Positions 1-11,130 are shown, counted from the whole stretch's first letter. The stretch is DNA of 57,890 nucleotides, filler included, from Sphacelaria rigidula (GCA_964200075.2; 6 parts of 6 records of this genome joined end to end with filler, not necessarily neighbours in it); one strand, 5' to 3'. The notes: generated by a model not told the origin, from the sequence alone. Translations and numbers: made by a program.

Positions 1-786
1 GCCGATAAGCGCGGCACGTGCTGTAAGCGTGTTCGCAGCGGTAGTCATGGTGCAAAACCACACACGCACGCTGCGTACCCTCAACACGTGCCAAACTGTA
101 AGATCTAGTACGCTGTAGAAGGTTCGTAGAGCTGCGGCACAAAACACTACAGACTGCTGCTGCTGTGCACAATTATGCGGCGTAATCTAATGATATCGGT
201 ACTTCAGATTCCACACTACTAATGCACTGTGCGCAGGCGCCTGTGTTATGACTATCACAACCATGTGCCTCATATGCACCCCTGCATCCTTCGGTCTGTA
301 GAGTAGGCGTTTTGTGTTGTGACAAAGGAATGATTCCGAACCCCAAATGTGGATAGTCTTATCCAGTCTTCCTGCAGGGGGGTGGTTGTCAAAGGGTTAA
401 ACAACAAATGGCAAGATATGATTCTTAGCAGAGGGCAGGGTGTACCACCCTGGTTTGTTTACAAAAAAAAGGTACTATCACAGGCTCTCATTTTCGGCAC
501 CGTAGTTCAGCCCAGTAACACTTGTGGAAATGAAAAAAAATGGACGGGTATGCTGCCCAGACACCTTGGGCGTGGAACCGAGGTGCTAGGACGTGTTTTC
601 GAGGTGTTTACCCCGCGTGCAGTGCCGTGCCCGAAAGCGAAAAAATCGTTACCCTTTTTCGTATCTTGACCATAAAATTTGGTCTTATAGGCTGACCAAA
701 GTCTCTGAGAAACGTCGTAGTGGTCAGTTTCCAGAGACTTTTATCAGAACGCGACCTCAGGCCGCTTCTTCTTAGGTCGTGTCTCA

Positions 787-977
787 GGGCCTGTCTTGGC
801 ACATGGGTTTTCAATAAAAAAAAAGTGCGGTGGAAAACAAGAATCCTTATCTGATAGGTCGTAATTTCAACCATCGTTGTTGATTTTGAAGATGGTTGAA
901 ATCGTGACCTATCATATCAGGATTTTTGTTTTCCACCGCACCTTTTAGATCGAAAACTCATGTGCTAAGACAGGCCC
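787..977. mobile_element. 191-bp hairpin MITE, PIF/Harbinger (Tourist)-like
   Basis: Starts GGGCCTGTCTT and ends AAGACAGGCCC. Imperfect inverted arms of about 90 bp. Flanked by TCA at 784-786 and 978-980 (3-bp TSD). Confidence 0.75.
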
Positions 978-1717
978 TCAACACATCATTTTTCGATCGA
1001 AAAAATGCGGGCGAGTTTTTTTTGCCGATCTGATAGGTCCACCGCATTTATGTTCCGAGAAGCCTTCAACTCAAAATTATGACAAGCGGCCCGCGGAGAA
1101 GAATTACTGAAGCTGAAGAACAATCGTTTTCGATCGAAAACATGCGGTCGAAAAGCACGAAGCAGCACTTCACTCCTCTCTCACAGACCACCAGGCCAGA
1201 TAACACCTGTCCACAAGACCATCCAAACTCCAACTCACTCCTAGCTACCACCACAACCCTGCAGCATGGAGCACGAGTTGAGCCCAGGGATAGATACATT
1301 GCAGTAGTCGGATGTGCTTTGTTTATTTTCTGTTAGCGAGAACTTGCGCATCTTCTCTCATGATAGGAATCAGCGACGGAACTGCGTGGTACGGTGGGCA
1401 ACGGAGTTGCATGCACGCTCATGGACAGTGCAGGTAGTACAAAGCTGCACGTTGCTGAAGTCCTTCCTACGTCGCATTGTAGGCAGAGAAAACTGATAGT
1501 CCTAGGCTGTCTGCACCGCACGTTGCCCGCTTATCTTTTATATCCTCCTGCACGAAACAAGCACACACGCACCAAAGACACTGCAAGCAGTGCAAACAGT
1601 ATAGACTGTACTGTACACGAGTGACCATGTACCGTTTCACGATTTTCACTGTCTTTTTTCGATCGGATGCTTGAAAATCCATCTGGACCCAACTGCATCA
1701 AAACGAGAAAGTTTCGC
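787..1717 (+). repeat. Composite non-autonomous repeat, copy 1 (inverted copy at about 8440-9298)
   Basis: Segments such as TTTGCCGATCTGATAG, CGTTTTCGATCGAAAACATGCGGTCGAAA and GAAAATCCATCTGGACCCAAC occur as reverse complements in 8440-9298. Confidence 0.8.
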
Positions 1718-1721
1718 TTAA

Positions 1722-3239
1722 CCCTTTTGGAACCCTCTCCTCCTGTCCCCTGGCCAAACGCCTTGTTATGAGAAACCCTGACGAAGAGGAAAACATGGAA
1801 ACAGAATAGGCCGACGGCAACCATTTTTACAATGGAAGCCCGAAGAAGAATATCCTCCCTTGAGAATTTGCGTAAGGTTTGTCCAATCATACCACGCAAC
1901 GGATGAAGTGTGTCCAATTATATCCATCGACAATAATCAGCAAAACCACTATGAAACATTCCATTCAAAAAATAGCAATGGGTTCCAGGGTGCAACCGGG
2001 CACGTTTGTATATTAGCATTTGTAGATAAGGGAAGCACCGCTTTGACGGGCTGCAGCATCGGGTGGCGAGTTTGCCAAGCCACACCGTACACACAGCACA
2101 GTATGGCTGAACCCAGCGAAATCCCGTCACCACATGTGGAAGGCACAGTGGGTTGTGCGGGCGGTACATGGCGGGCGTAATCGCAGGCGTCCGAACAGGC
2201 GATATACATGTACACGGGAGGGAGCCGACGGACACCGCCTACGGTAATCAGGCCAGATGAAGAACACTACAGTCAGTAAATGCAGCAGATTACAGTATTG
2301 ACTTGCGGCTACACTCCGTGCAAGATAAATATGGGCATGTCGTGAAACGTCGGCCACGAGAGTAGAGGGCACGAGACGATAGCGGTAGCCGGCGTCATGA
2401 ATCTCACGCAGCATGAAGTATGTTTATGCAACGGTCGGGAACGATCAACCCGCGGTATAGATGTGGTGGGGCAACTGTGCCTTTCGCTACGCCGTTGTGT
2501 AATAGTCAGCCCGAATTATGATGTTGTCGGCACGTGCTTGGCAGAGCGTAGTTCTGTGCATGCCGCGCGTTTTACAGAGATATTTTCAAAATACAATACA
2601 GGCATGACACGAAGCAGTAAGGTATCACCCCTGGGGCGACGGCACTTGGCAGACTCTACACCACAGTGACGGTGCATAACTACAGGGCACATGGCGTCTG
2701 CGTCGCCTGTACCCATTTTTCAAAGGGCGGGATGGTGCTGTCGGATCATGCATGAGCGCGATGTTGTGCATGACGTGAGTCTGCAGTCGAGATTACCCCA
2801 AACTGCTGTAAACACACCCAGTACTGTACAGGGCAGCGTCGCAGTACCCCCGGCGGCACGGAAAGGTGACTGCCTGGGATTGTATACCGCCAGTTCATAC
2901 ATTTAGCGGATGTGCCATCGGCGTTGCCCTTGTTGCTATGACACTGCAAAGAGTATAAACTGCAGCGGGCAGGGCGTGCAGGTCAGGCGGGAAGCATGCT
3001 TCACAGAGGCCCGCCGGGCACTGTGGCCGGGTAAGGAGCCCATCAGTGTAGAAAAAAACGCCGACGGGTCGCAGCAAGAAAATTGGAAACCTTCTCTTGT
3101 TCCACTTGTCACTCGTACGGGTTTGAAAAATACGCATTTGGCCAAAATTGCTGCGTCTAAGCTGTGAACCATCAACCATATCTTGCTCAAAAACCGTCAA
3201 TTACAAATGATCAATTTTCCATAGTGAGTTCCAAAAGGG
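1722..3239. mobile_element. piggyBac-like DNA transposon, non-autonomous/decayed
   Basis: TTAA at 1718-1721 and 3240-3243. 12-bp TIR CCCTTTTGGAAC...GTTCCAAAAGGG. No intact transposase ORF. Confidence 0.7.
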
Positions 3240-3625
3240 TTAACCTACTTTACTCATGTATTGGAGGAAGTGTATCATATACTCGTATCAAATATCATAT
3301 ATGATACATAACATATATAAGGATCTCCACTGTCCACGACAGCTGACCGCATCCGCTGACGCTTCGGCAATAAATCAGGGGACACAAGGCTGGATGTCCC
3401 CCCCTCCCGCCCTCAAAAACTCAAATTTTCGATCTTGGGGCCCCACGTGTCCTGAGTTTGTTTTTTCGCTGCCCCCTGCTCGAGCTATGAATTTTTCATG
3501 CTGGGACGGTGAGGCCAGAAGTTTATGCAGCCTACGCCTCACGTCTGGGCTGTGTGACTGGCGTACACGATAGGATTGGTCATTGCTCCGGCGGTTTATG
3601 GTATACCCTTCATGGAGGGTTCCTA

Positions 3626-3935
3626 GAGAAATGTTCGTACATAATGGTTGATGGTAAATACCATGGATTGTTACGAAGTGAGACTAACCCTCGCACTAAC
3701 CCTAACCCCGACCCAAGGCGCACGACCCTCGGGCAAGGAGGGTGCATAGTTTCCCCTGGGCAAACTGTGCGTCGGCAGACCTCAAATCGACGCCGCGCAG
3801 GCGCCGATTTCAACAAAAACACGTTCTGGAGGAGCTGGGTACACTGCTCACCTGCCCCAAACCATAAATTTTCAACTCCCTTCAGTCTAAAATCAAGTAA
3901 TCATCCCTTTCAACCATCGTGTACGAACATTTCTG
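3626..3935. mobile_element. MITE with TA flanks (Tc1/mariner-like) carrying CCCTAA-like repeats
   Basis: TIR AGAAATGTTCGTACAtaATGGTTGA / TCAACCATCGTGTACGAACATTTCT. TA on both sides. Internal region shared with 5051-5368 and, reverse complemented, about 29600-29720. Confidence 0.7.
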
Positions 3936-4224
3936 TAGGTCTACTGCCTTCATGACAAACAGCCCAAAAAGCCTTTCCGAATAGCCTGAAAACTTCGAAA
4001 CAAAGTCCCGATGCCCCCCCCCTCCTGCCCGAAACCCGAAACGCCGCCGCATGTGAAATACGCCGCCGCTTTGTTTTTTGGGGATCTCCTTTTCCTTTTT
4101 TTGGGGGGAGGGGTGATATCGACCCGACGAATGAATACTCTTCTTGCTTCTTGGCCAAGGTTCCTCTTGGTGCTTGTTCTTTTCGTCTCGATCAGAAACG
4201 GCCTGAAAACGGCCCTGGGCCATA

Positions 4225-4864
4225 GGCCGTGTCTTACCGAGACCAAAAAACCAAACCAGGAAAAGGAACAAGCGTCCAAAACAGCATGTTGATTCGTCGC
4301 CACAACCAACAGCGGATTCTCAAAGATTGGGTTTGACAAAAAAAGTGGGGTTCAACTCAAAAAAAGTGGTATTAAGTCATGACAAATGACTTTCCTGTCC
4401 ACGACCTCATCCCTCTCGACCTCTCTGTAATTATTTCGGGGGGTTTCCTGTCTTCCTTCCCCCCAAGCGTACGACTAAGGCAAGCAACAAATGAGTACGC
4501 TCCCCCAAGCGTATGTGGGAAAGCACGGTTTTTGGGCCCAAAAGCGCCCGTTCTTTACCCCGAAATTGAGTCAAAAACGTGCTTTCGCACACACCCTTTG
4601 GGGGAACGGAACGCTAGAAGTCTACCGAAATAGTCTTACAGAGGTCGGGAGGGGTGAGATCGTTCATATGAAAGTCATTTTTGCTAAAGTCAGGGAAAGC
4701 ACTGCTTTTGAGTTGGACCTCATTTTCGTGTTCAACCCTATTTTTGAGAATCCGCTGTTGACCGTAGACTCGCCCGGCCAGCAATCAACATACATGCTGT
4801 TTTTGTACGCCTGGTCCTTTTCCTGCTTCAATCATTGATTTTTTGGCCCCGATAAGACACGGAC
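4225..4864. mobile_element. About 640-bp foldback MITE, Harbinger-like
   Basis: Termini GGCCGTGTCTTA...TAAGACACGGAC. Diverged inverted arms of about 160 bp (e.g. CAACAGCGGATTCTCAAA / TTTGAGAATCCGCTGTTG). Same terminal motif as 36566-36759. Confidence 0.65.
4472..4501 (+). mobile_element. 30-bp extremely 5'-truncated LINE/SINE 3'-end insertion
   Basis: CGACTAAGGCAAGCAACAAATGAGTACGC matches 44172-44200 with one mismatch. Flanked by a 12-bp direct repeat CCCCCAAGCGTA (4460-4471, 4502-4513). Confidence 0.75.
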
Positions 4865-5050
4865 TAAGGAGTGGTCTTTAATATATCAAGCCCCATCCTC
4901 AATTTTGAAAATCGGCGGCCCTCGCGGCCAAGCGGTTACAGGTTAACCCTTGCAGGACAGCGACGGTAGGCATATGTTGAATCGGCATCAACTCACTTGA
5001 AAAAATGATGCATGATCCAGATGGACTGCCCTCGGGATCGAGGGGACCGG

Positions 5051-5368
5051 AAGAAAAGTACGTAAACAATGGTTGGTACTACGGAGATGCCGCCAACCCT
5101 AACGCTAACCCTAACCTTGACCCTGACCAAGACATACCGAGAACCCTCGGGCAAGGGGTGTGCATAGTGTTTCTTGGGCAAAGTGTGCGTTGCCAGAGCT
5201 CAAATCGATGCCTCTGAGACGTTTTTGGATCAAAACACGTTTTGGACGAGCTGAGTCTACTGAGCATCACCACTGCTCACGTGCCCCAAGCCATAAATTT
5301 TCTCAGAACATTCTTTAGTCTGAAATCAACGAAATCGAGTACCAACCATTGTTTACGTACATGTTCTT
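5051..5368. mobile_element. MITE, same family as 3626-3935
   Basis: Perfect 23-bp inverted repeat GTACGTAAACAATGGTTGGTACT (5058-5080) / AGTACCAACCATTGTTTACGTAC (5338-5360). Shared core CCCTCGGGCAAGG...TCAAATCGA. Confidence 0.7.
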
Positions 5369-5369
5369 A

Positions 5370-5702
5370 CAAACGCGGCCATTTGGCTACCTCCAAAATT
5401 TCTTCAGGTGGGTAAACATTTCGAGCCTATAGAGGAATTAAACGCCTCCGGAGAGATGCGCGGCCCTCCAGAGGAGACTTTTTTGTTTTCTCCAGAGGGA
5501 TTAACGCCTCCAGAGGGCTTATTTTTGTCTCTGGAGGGCCGCGCATACCCCCAAATTCCTCCGGAGGGATGCGCGGCCCTTCGGGTCGGTAGAAATTGGT
5601 TTCCTCCGGAGGGATTGAAGGCTTCCGGAGGCTTGTTTTCCCTCTGGAGGACCGCGCATCCCTCCGGAGGCATTTCAAGGGGTAGCCAAATGGCCGGGTG
5701 TG
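5370..5702. mobile_element. MITE with TA TSD and reiterated CCTCCGGAGG-like motifs
   Basis: TIR core CGGCCATTTGGCTACC / GGTAGCCAAATGGCCG. TA at 5368-5369 and 5703-5704. Many TCCGGAG/TCCAGAG/CTGGAG internal motifs. Confidence 0.65.
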
Positions 5703-5737
5703 TAGGTCTACTGGAGGGGTCTAAGGGTCGGGGTCTA

Positions 5738-6235
5738 AGCCTTTGACCGCGACGGTAGGTCACCTGCTGAACCGGCATCAATTTTACCTGAAAAAAATGT
5801 TGTGATACAGATGGACTGCTCGCATCGCGGTCCAAGGGTTGAACCTCAGATGGCGCCAGTGGGTAATCTGTTGAATCGGCATCAATTTTACCTGAAAAAA
5901 GTATGCACGGTCCGGATGGACTACCCTCGCGGTAAATAAGACTGCAAGGGTAGTCTATCTGGATCATGCATACCCTTGCCGAGTGAAATTGATGCCGATT
6001 CAACGGATGACCTACTTTCGTCGTCTAAGGGTTGATTAACCCTTAGACCGCGAGAGTAGTCTTTCTGGATCATGCATACTTCTTTTCACTTGAAATTGAT
6101 GCTGATTCAACAGAAGACTAACCCCGCGGTCTAAGGGTCAACCCTTTGACCACGATGGTAGGTCCCTTCACTAGCTGAACCGGCATCAATTTCACTCGAA
6201 AAAATGTTATATTACAGATGGACTACCCGATTATT
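5738..6235. mobile_element. Cluster of adjacent piggyBac-like MITEs/fragments
   Basis: Repeated CCCTT(T/A)GAC...GTC(T/C)AAGGG termini separated by TTAA-like sites. Recurrent CGGCATCAATTT and GATGGACT motifs. 5844-6031 is homologous to 7663-7851. Confidence 0.6.
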
Positions 6236-6884
6236 TCGCGTTCTGAGATTCTTATCTAGGTCTATTTCGTTTTTTGGATTTGTTTGATTTCCTCACGCCT
6301 TATTATAGGTAGGTACAGGCTAGGCCGCCTAAGAAGCTCACTTTTCTTCAGCCTGTTTAACTGACGATGTATCGCGAGTTGTGCCTACGTTGTGCCTACT
6401 GTGCGGTAATCGGCGATTCAGCGCGCGTCTTCAAATCCCTGTAGCACTGCGATCCGACAAGGTCTCATCAAACGAAATACCGAACTGTAATCAAGTGCGA
6501 AAGTGTAGAGAGTTGAGGCTACCATGTGCGGCGGAATTGGCCAAAAGAAAACGGGAGTGATGCTATGGTAGGGTTGTACTTTTTTAGCGAAAATGTTTCT
6601 CGGGGTGTTACACGGATCGTTTTGAGAATCGGCATCATTTTCACTTGAAAAAGAATAATGGAAATAATGCCGATTCACAAAAAGGCCCCTGTGTGCATCT
6701 CCATGTCCTGTCCCCGGAGATTCGGGTTGCACAGTAAGCCCTATATATTTGGGCTCCTACAAAAACGAGGCCCAGAAACAAAAAGTGCAACCCCTATCGT
6801 AGCACTGCTCACGGCTGAGATTGGATTTTCGGTTACAGTCAGTTTTGTGCCGCGTGGTGCCGCACAAACTGTAGCACAATTCCC

Positions 6885-7500
6885 GAGCTCAATACTTGGT
6901 CGTTTTCGATGAAGTTTTGACATGATGTACAGGACGTATGTGCAAACATCCCTTCGTTCCTCCCGTGTGCTTGTTTCTCCTCTCCGTGAGCTATTGGCGA
7001 CGGAACATTTCAGAATAGTTTTTTCCGAGCAAAATTGCCAATAACTCACAGAGAAAAAGAAAAAATATGGGAGAAAAGGTTCGGTATTCGTATATACGTC
7101 CTGTACATCGTGTCAAAATTTCATCGAAAGCAGCTTGAAATTGAACAGCATGAATGCGTTTGAATTATTCGTAACTGGTCTACCTCCATATACTATAGTA
7201 ACCGCTTGTCGACGGAATGACGCATATTCTTCGCTCAACATTGCATCGTTTTCGATGAAACTTTGACACGATGTACAGGACGTATGTGAGAATAGTAAAC
7301 CTTCCACCCCCTGTTTTTTCTTTCTTTCCTCCGTGAGTTATTGGCGACGGAACATTTCAGAACAGTTTTTCGGAACAAATTGCCAATAACTCACGGAGAA
7401 AAAAAACAGGGGATGGAAGGTTTGGTATTCGCATATGCGTCCTATACATCGTGTCAAAATTTCATCGAAAACGACCCAAAATTGAGCGAAGAATACGCGT
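6885..7500. repeat. Two direct copies of a roughly 260-280 bp foldback element (about 6885-7150 and 7220-7500)
   Basis: Both contain CGTTTTCGATGAA..TTTGACA.GATGTACAGGACGTATG and its inverted counterpart ...ACATCGTGTCAAAATTTCATCGAAA, plus the shared core TATTGGCGACGGAACATTTCAGAA. Confidence 0.75.
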
Positions 7501-7662
7501 TTCAGCCTTTCTGGTGGCTTCTTGGGCGGCCCAGCTCGTAGCTTGTGACCACGGAAGGCGTCCGCGTCAGATGCCCAGCACGAATGTACCGCGCAGATAT
7601 CGGAACGGTTTTTGACGTGAAGACAACAACAACAACAACCTGCATCGCGGTCCAAGGGTTCA

Positions 7663-7851
7663 CCCTTAGACGGCGTCGGTAGGTCATCTGTTGAATCGGC
7701 ATCAATTTTTCCGGGGAAAAGTATGCACGATCCGGATGGACTACCCTCGCGGCAAAATAGACAGCGAGGGTAGTCCATCTCAATCGTGCATACCCTTTCC
7801 GAGTGAAAATGATGTCGATTCAACGGATGACCTAATTTCGCCGTCTAAGGG
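7663..7851. mobile_element. 189-bp piggyBac-like hairpin MITE
   Basis: TIR CCCTTAGACGGCG / CGCCGTCTAAGGG. TTAA on the right and TTCA on the left. Arms complementary over most of the length. Confidence 0.7.
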
Positions 7852-8143
7852 TTAAACGATGCGGGTAAATCCTCCCGAACCGGCATCATGGGCTTGACAT
7901 ATCACCAGGTGCACATTTTCACCGACAGGTCAAAACAGCTCCCGCATATATCTTTTGACAATGCCCCGACACCCTCCCTCAGGATCTGTTGGGGTGAAGG
8001 ATGTCCCGTAAACTGCGCACATCATCGCCCCCGGGCCTCCCCTCCCGCTCACACTCACTTGTTCTTCATCGCTCCTACATTACCTAGGCTACCCCCATCC
8101 CAATTCTTCGGCCCCACTACGCACCTGTACAGCTCAAGACATC

Positions 8144-8296
8144 ATGCGCTGCTTCACCATTTTCCTCGCATTGGTCACGGCAGCCACCGTGCTGGGAGCC
8201 ACGACTTCCGACTCGGACTCCCCCGACTACTCGGACTACGAGTCCTACTCGCCCACGTTTGATGATGGTTTTACGGATGACGGTGAGAAATTGTAA
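8144..8296 (+). CDS. Signal-peptide-bearing acidic micro-ORF (50 aa), or first coding exon (8144-8282) of a secreted protein
   Basis: Translates to MRCFTIFLALVTAATVLGATTSDSDSPDYSDYESYSPTFDDGFTDDGEKL*. A at -3 of the ATG. Upstream pyrimidine-rich tract ending in CAG (8132). Candidate donor GTGAGA at 8283. Confidence 0.55.
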   Translation: MRCFTIFLALVTAATVLGATTSDSDSPDYSDYESYSPTFDDGFTDDGEKL

Positions 8297-8439
8297 ACAA
8301 TTATCTTTTCTTCACACTGTCAGTAGATGCTTGACTCCGCCAAAGCCATGAAAACAGTATTGTTGCGAATTTTCGGAAGTGAGGGCATTTCTTGGCTCTC
8401 TTTTTGTCGATCGAAAAAATTGGGCGGTGGAATCGATTT

Positions 8440-9298
8440 CAGCGAAAGTTTCTCTTTTTGATGTGGTTGGGTCCAGATGGATTTTCGAGCTTTCGATCGA
8501 AAAAAGACAAGTGACATTCGTGAAACGGTACATGGTGTCTTGAGTGCGGGTGTGTGTGTTTTGTGCAGGAGGATATGGAGGAGAATCGCGCGACGTCCAG
8601 TAGTGCAGACAGCCCAGGACTATCAGTTCTCCCTGCTTACAATGCGACGTGAAGGAAGACTTCAGCAACGTGCAGCTTTGTACTGCCTGTGCTGTCCATG
8701 AGCGTGCACGCAACTCAGTTACTCCACGTACCACGCAGTGCGTGGTCGCTGGTCCCTACCATGAGAGAAGATGCGTAATTTTTGCCAACAAAAAATAAAC
8801 AAAGCACACCCGACTACTGCAGGGTTGCGGTGGTAGCTGAAAATGAGTTGGATGGAGTTTGCATGGTCCTGTGAACAGGTGTTATTCGGCGTGGTGGTCC
8901 GTAAAGTAGGTGTCGAGTGCCTCTTCGTGCCTTTCGACCGCATGTTTTCGATCGAAAACGATAGTTGTTTACCTCGAATCGTTCTTCTCCGGGCGCCGAT
9001 AATTATAATTTCAGTTGAAGATTTCTAGAAACATTTAAGTGCGGTGGATCTATCAGATCGGCAAAAAAAAATCGACCGCACCTTTTCGATCGAAAAAACA
9101 GGTGCTACGAGCGTGTCTCAGCACATTAGTTTTCGATCGAAAATGTGAGATGGAAAACAAAAATCCCGATCTGATAGGTCGTAATATCAACCATCGTCGA
9201 AAAAATTGAAGATGGTTGAAATCACGGCCTGTCAGATCAGGATTTTTGTTTTCCACCGCACTTTTTCGATTGAAAACTGATGTGCTAAGACAGGGCCT
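8440..9298 (-). repeat. Composite non-autonomous repeat, copy 2 (inverted relative to 787-1717)
   Basis: Reverse complement aligns with 787-1717, including the terminal hairpin MITE (about 9110-9298). Confidence 0.8.
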
Positions 9299-9566
9299 AA
9301 GACTCGTCCTACCAAGCGACCCGAAAAATGTGAAGGAGATTTCCGTACAATGTGTGGGAACAAACAGGGGTCGAAGTTGAAGATGATCATGTTGAACATT
9401 GTACCCGCTAATGGTTGACCCAACCCTTACAGTAGTCAGCGTTAGAAGTGTGCAAAATCCGTATTTTCTTAGTTTTTCAAAGATTGTCCAAATTTGTTTT
9501 GCTTGCCACTGCTCATCACAGTAACTGCTGGATGCCACAAAATAGGCATCCGGAGATATTTGAATC

Positions 9567-9666
9567 NNNNNNNNNNNNNNNNNNNNNNNNNNNNNNNNNN
9601 NNNNNNNNNNTTAATTAATTAANNNNNNNNNNNNNNNNNNNNNNNNNNNNNNNNNNNNNNNNNNNN
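9567..9666. other. Artificial contig spacer
   Basis: 44 N + TTAATTAATTAA (stops in all frames) + 44 N. Confidence 0.99.
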
Positions 9667-9864
9667 CGGGATGGGAAGGCTGCACCCTTCCCGCGAGACC
9701 AACAAGCAAGGCAAGTACCGTGATAGACGTGCCGAAGCAAAATTAGAACTGAAGCAACAGCTCGCTCGTAAAATTAGAAGGCACAACAGACCAAAAAGGA
9801 GAGCAGAACAAAGAGAAAGACGCGTGAACATGGAGAAGGCTAAAACTAGGAAACGTAGTGGGGA

Positions 9865-11057
9865 GCTCAAAGTGGCCACCTCTAACGTCCGTACACTGTC
9901 CCTCACGGGAAAGAACGGAGCGGGTCATGCTATGGTGGTCCCGAGAAAAAATGTCAGGCAGTCGGATGTGATGTCATCGGGCTACAGGAAACAAGGAGAC
10001 CAGGTAGGTCCGAATTTTCTGCGGCGGGATACCGCGTCTTTTGTTGCGGGGCAGAGGGGGGCAAAGGAAGGGCTGGTCAACATGGGATTGAGTTGGCAGT
10101 CAAGGAGTCGATCATCAGCAAGGCGACGTGGACTCAGGCACTCATCAGCGAACGCCTCATGTCGATGACTCTCAACCTAGCGGGTAAATCAAATGCTGCC
10201 ACGTTTGTCGTTGCATACGCCCAAACAGACACTCCACAGTCAGAGAAGAGAGAGATGTGTTCTGGGCTGAGTTACACGGAACTGTGAGCGGTGTCCCCCA
10301 CAAGCATCACCTGTTTATTTTAGTGGACGCTAACGCGAAGACTGGACGACGAACGGGCGAGGAGGAACGTAAAATTGTAGGAGCTTACGGTCGAGATTTC
10401 CGATCCAACGATGGTAACGGCAATTCTCTGGTACAATTTGCAGGCGAGAACAAGCTTCCGCTGGTCAACACGTTCTTTTCCAACCCCAAGGGAAACACCT
10501 CGCGTGCATTCAACGGTGTTGCATATCGCCCCGCGGATAGAAAACACATGGACTACATAATCACACGGCAAGATCACCGCAGGCTCGTTCGCAATGTCGC
10601 TGTCCACCTTCAACCCCCCAACCCGCCGGACTCTGACCACAACATCGTGTGCGCCTCAGTACGGCTCCTTGGTCGCTTCGCACTTAATAAACCTGGACGA
10701 ATCCCAACTCGGCGTACACCGATCGACAGACGGGCAATAGTATCTGACCCCGTCAGACGTGAGCAGCTCACCCAGCTCATCATCAGCGAGCTCGAACAGA
10801 GTATACCTGGTGATACAGTCAGCTCACTGGCTACGAACTTTGCCGACGTACTCTTGAGTGCCGCTGAAAAGGTGGTACCCCGTCTGACCCGAAAGACACG
10901 TATACCGGGGTGGTTCGAGGATGCTGAAATCAAAGCGGAATTCGAAATCGCTTGGATGGAAAGAGAAAGGGCGAGGTCAATGGTGAGACTGGGGTCATCT
11001 CGAGATAAACTCGCATGGCGCACATTACGAACAGCACGCAAAAAAATAAAAACGTGA
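9865..11057 (+). pseudogene. RTE apurinic-like endonuclease domain (frameshifted)
   Basis: Motifs VATSNVRTL, DVIGLQET (shifted frame), VVAYAQT, LVDANAKTG, MDYII and SDHN, spread across three frames. Confidence 0.9.
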
Positions 11058-11130
11058 TCCAAGCTGGGGTTGACAAATATATGGATGTATGTATGCTAGA
11101 TAACTAGAGGAGCATACCCGAGCGGGGGAC

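Noticed and set aside
5404..6003. 199-aa and 112-aa ORFs with PPEG/PSGG repeats
   Set aside because: By-products of palindromic repeats in adjacent MITEs; the frames cross element boundaries.
9611..9622. TTAATTAATTAA motif recurring every ~9.66 kb
   Set aside because: Artificial six-frame-stop linker embedded in N runs, not biological.
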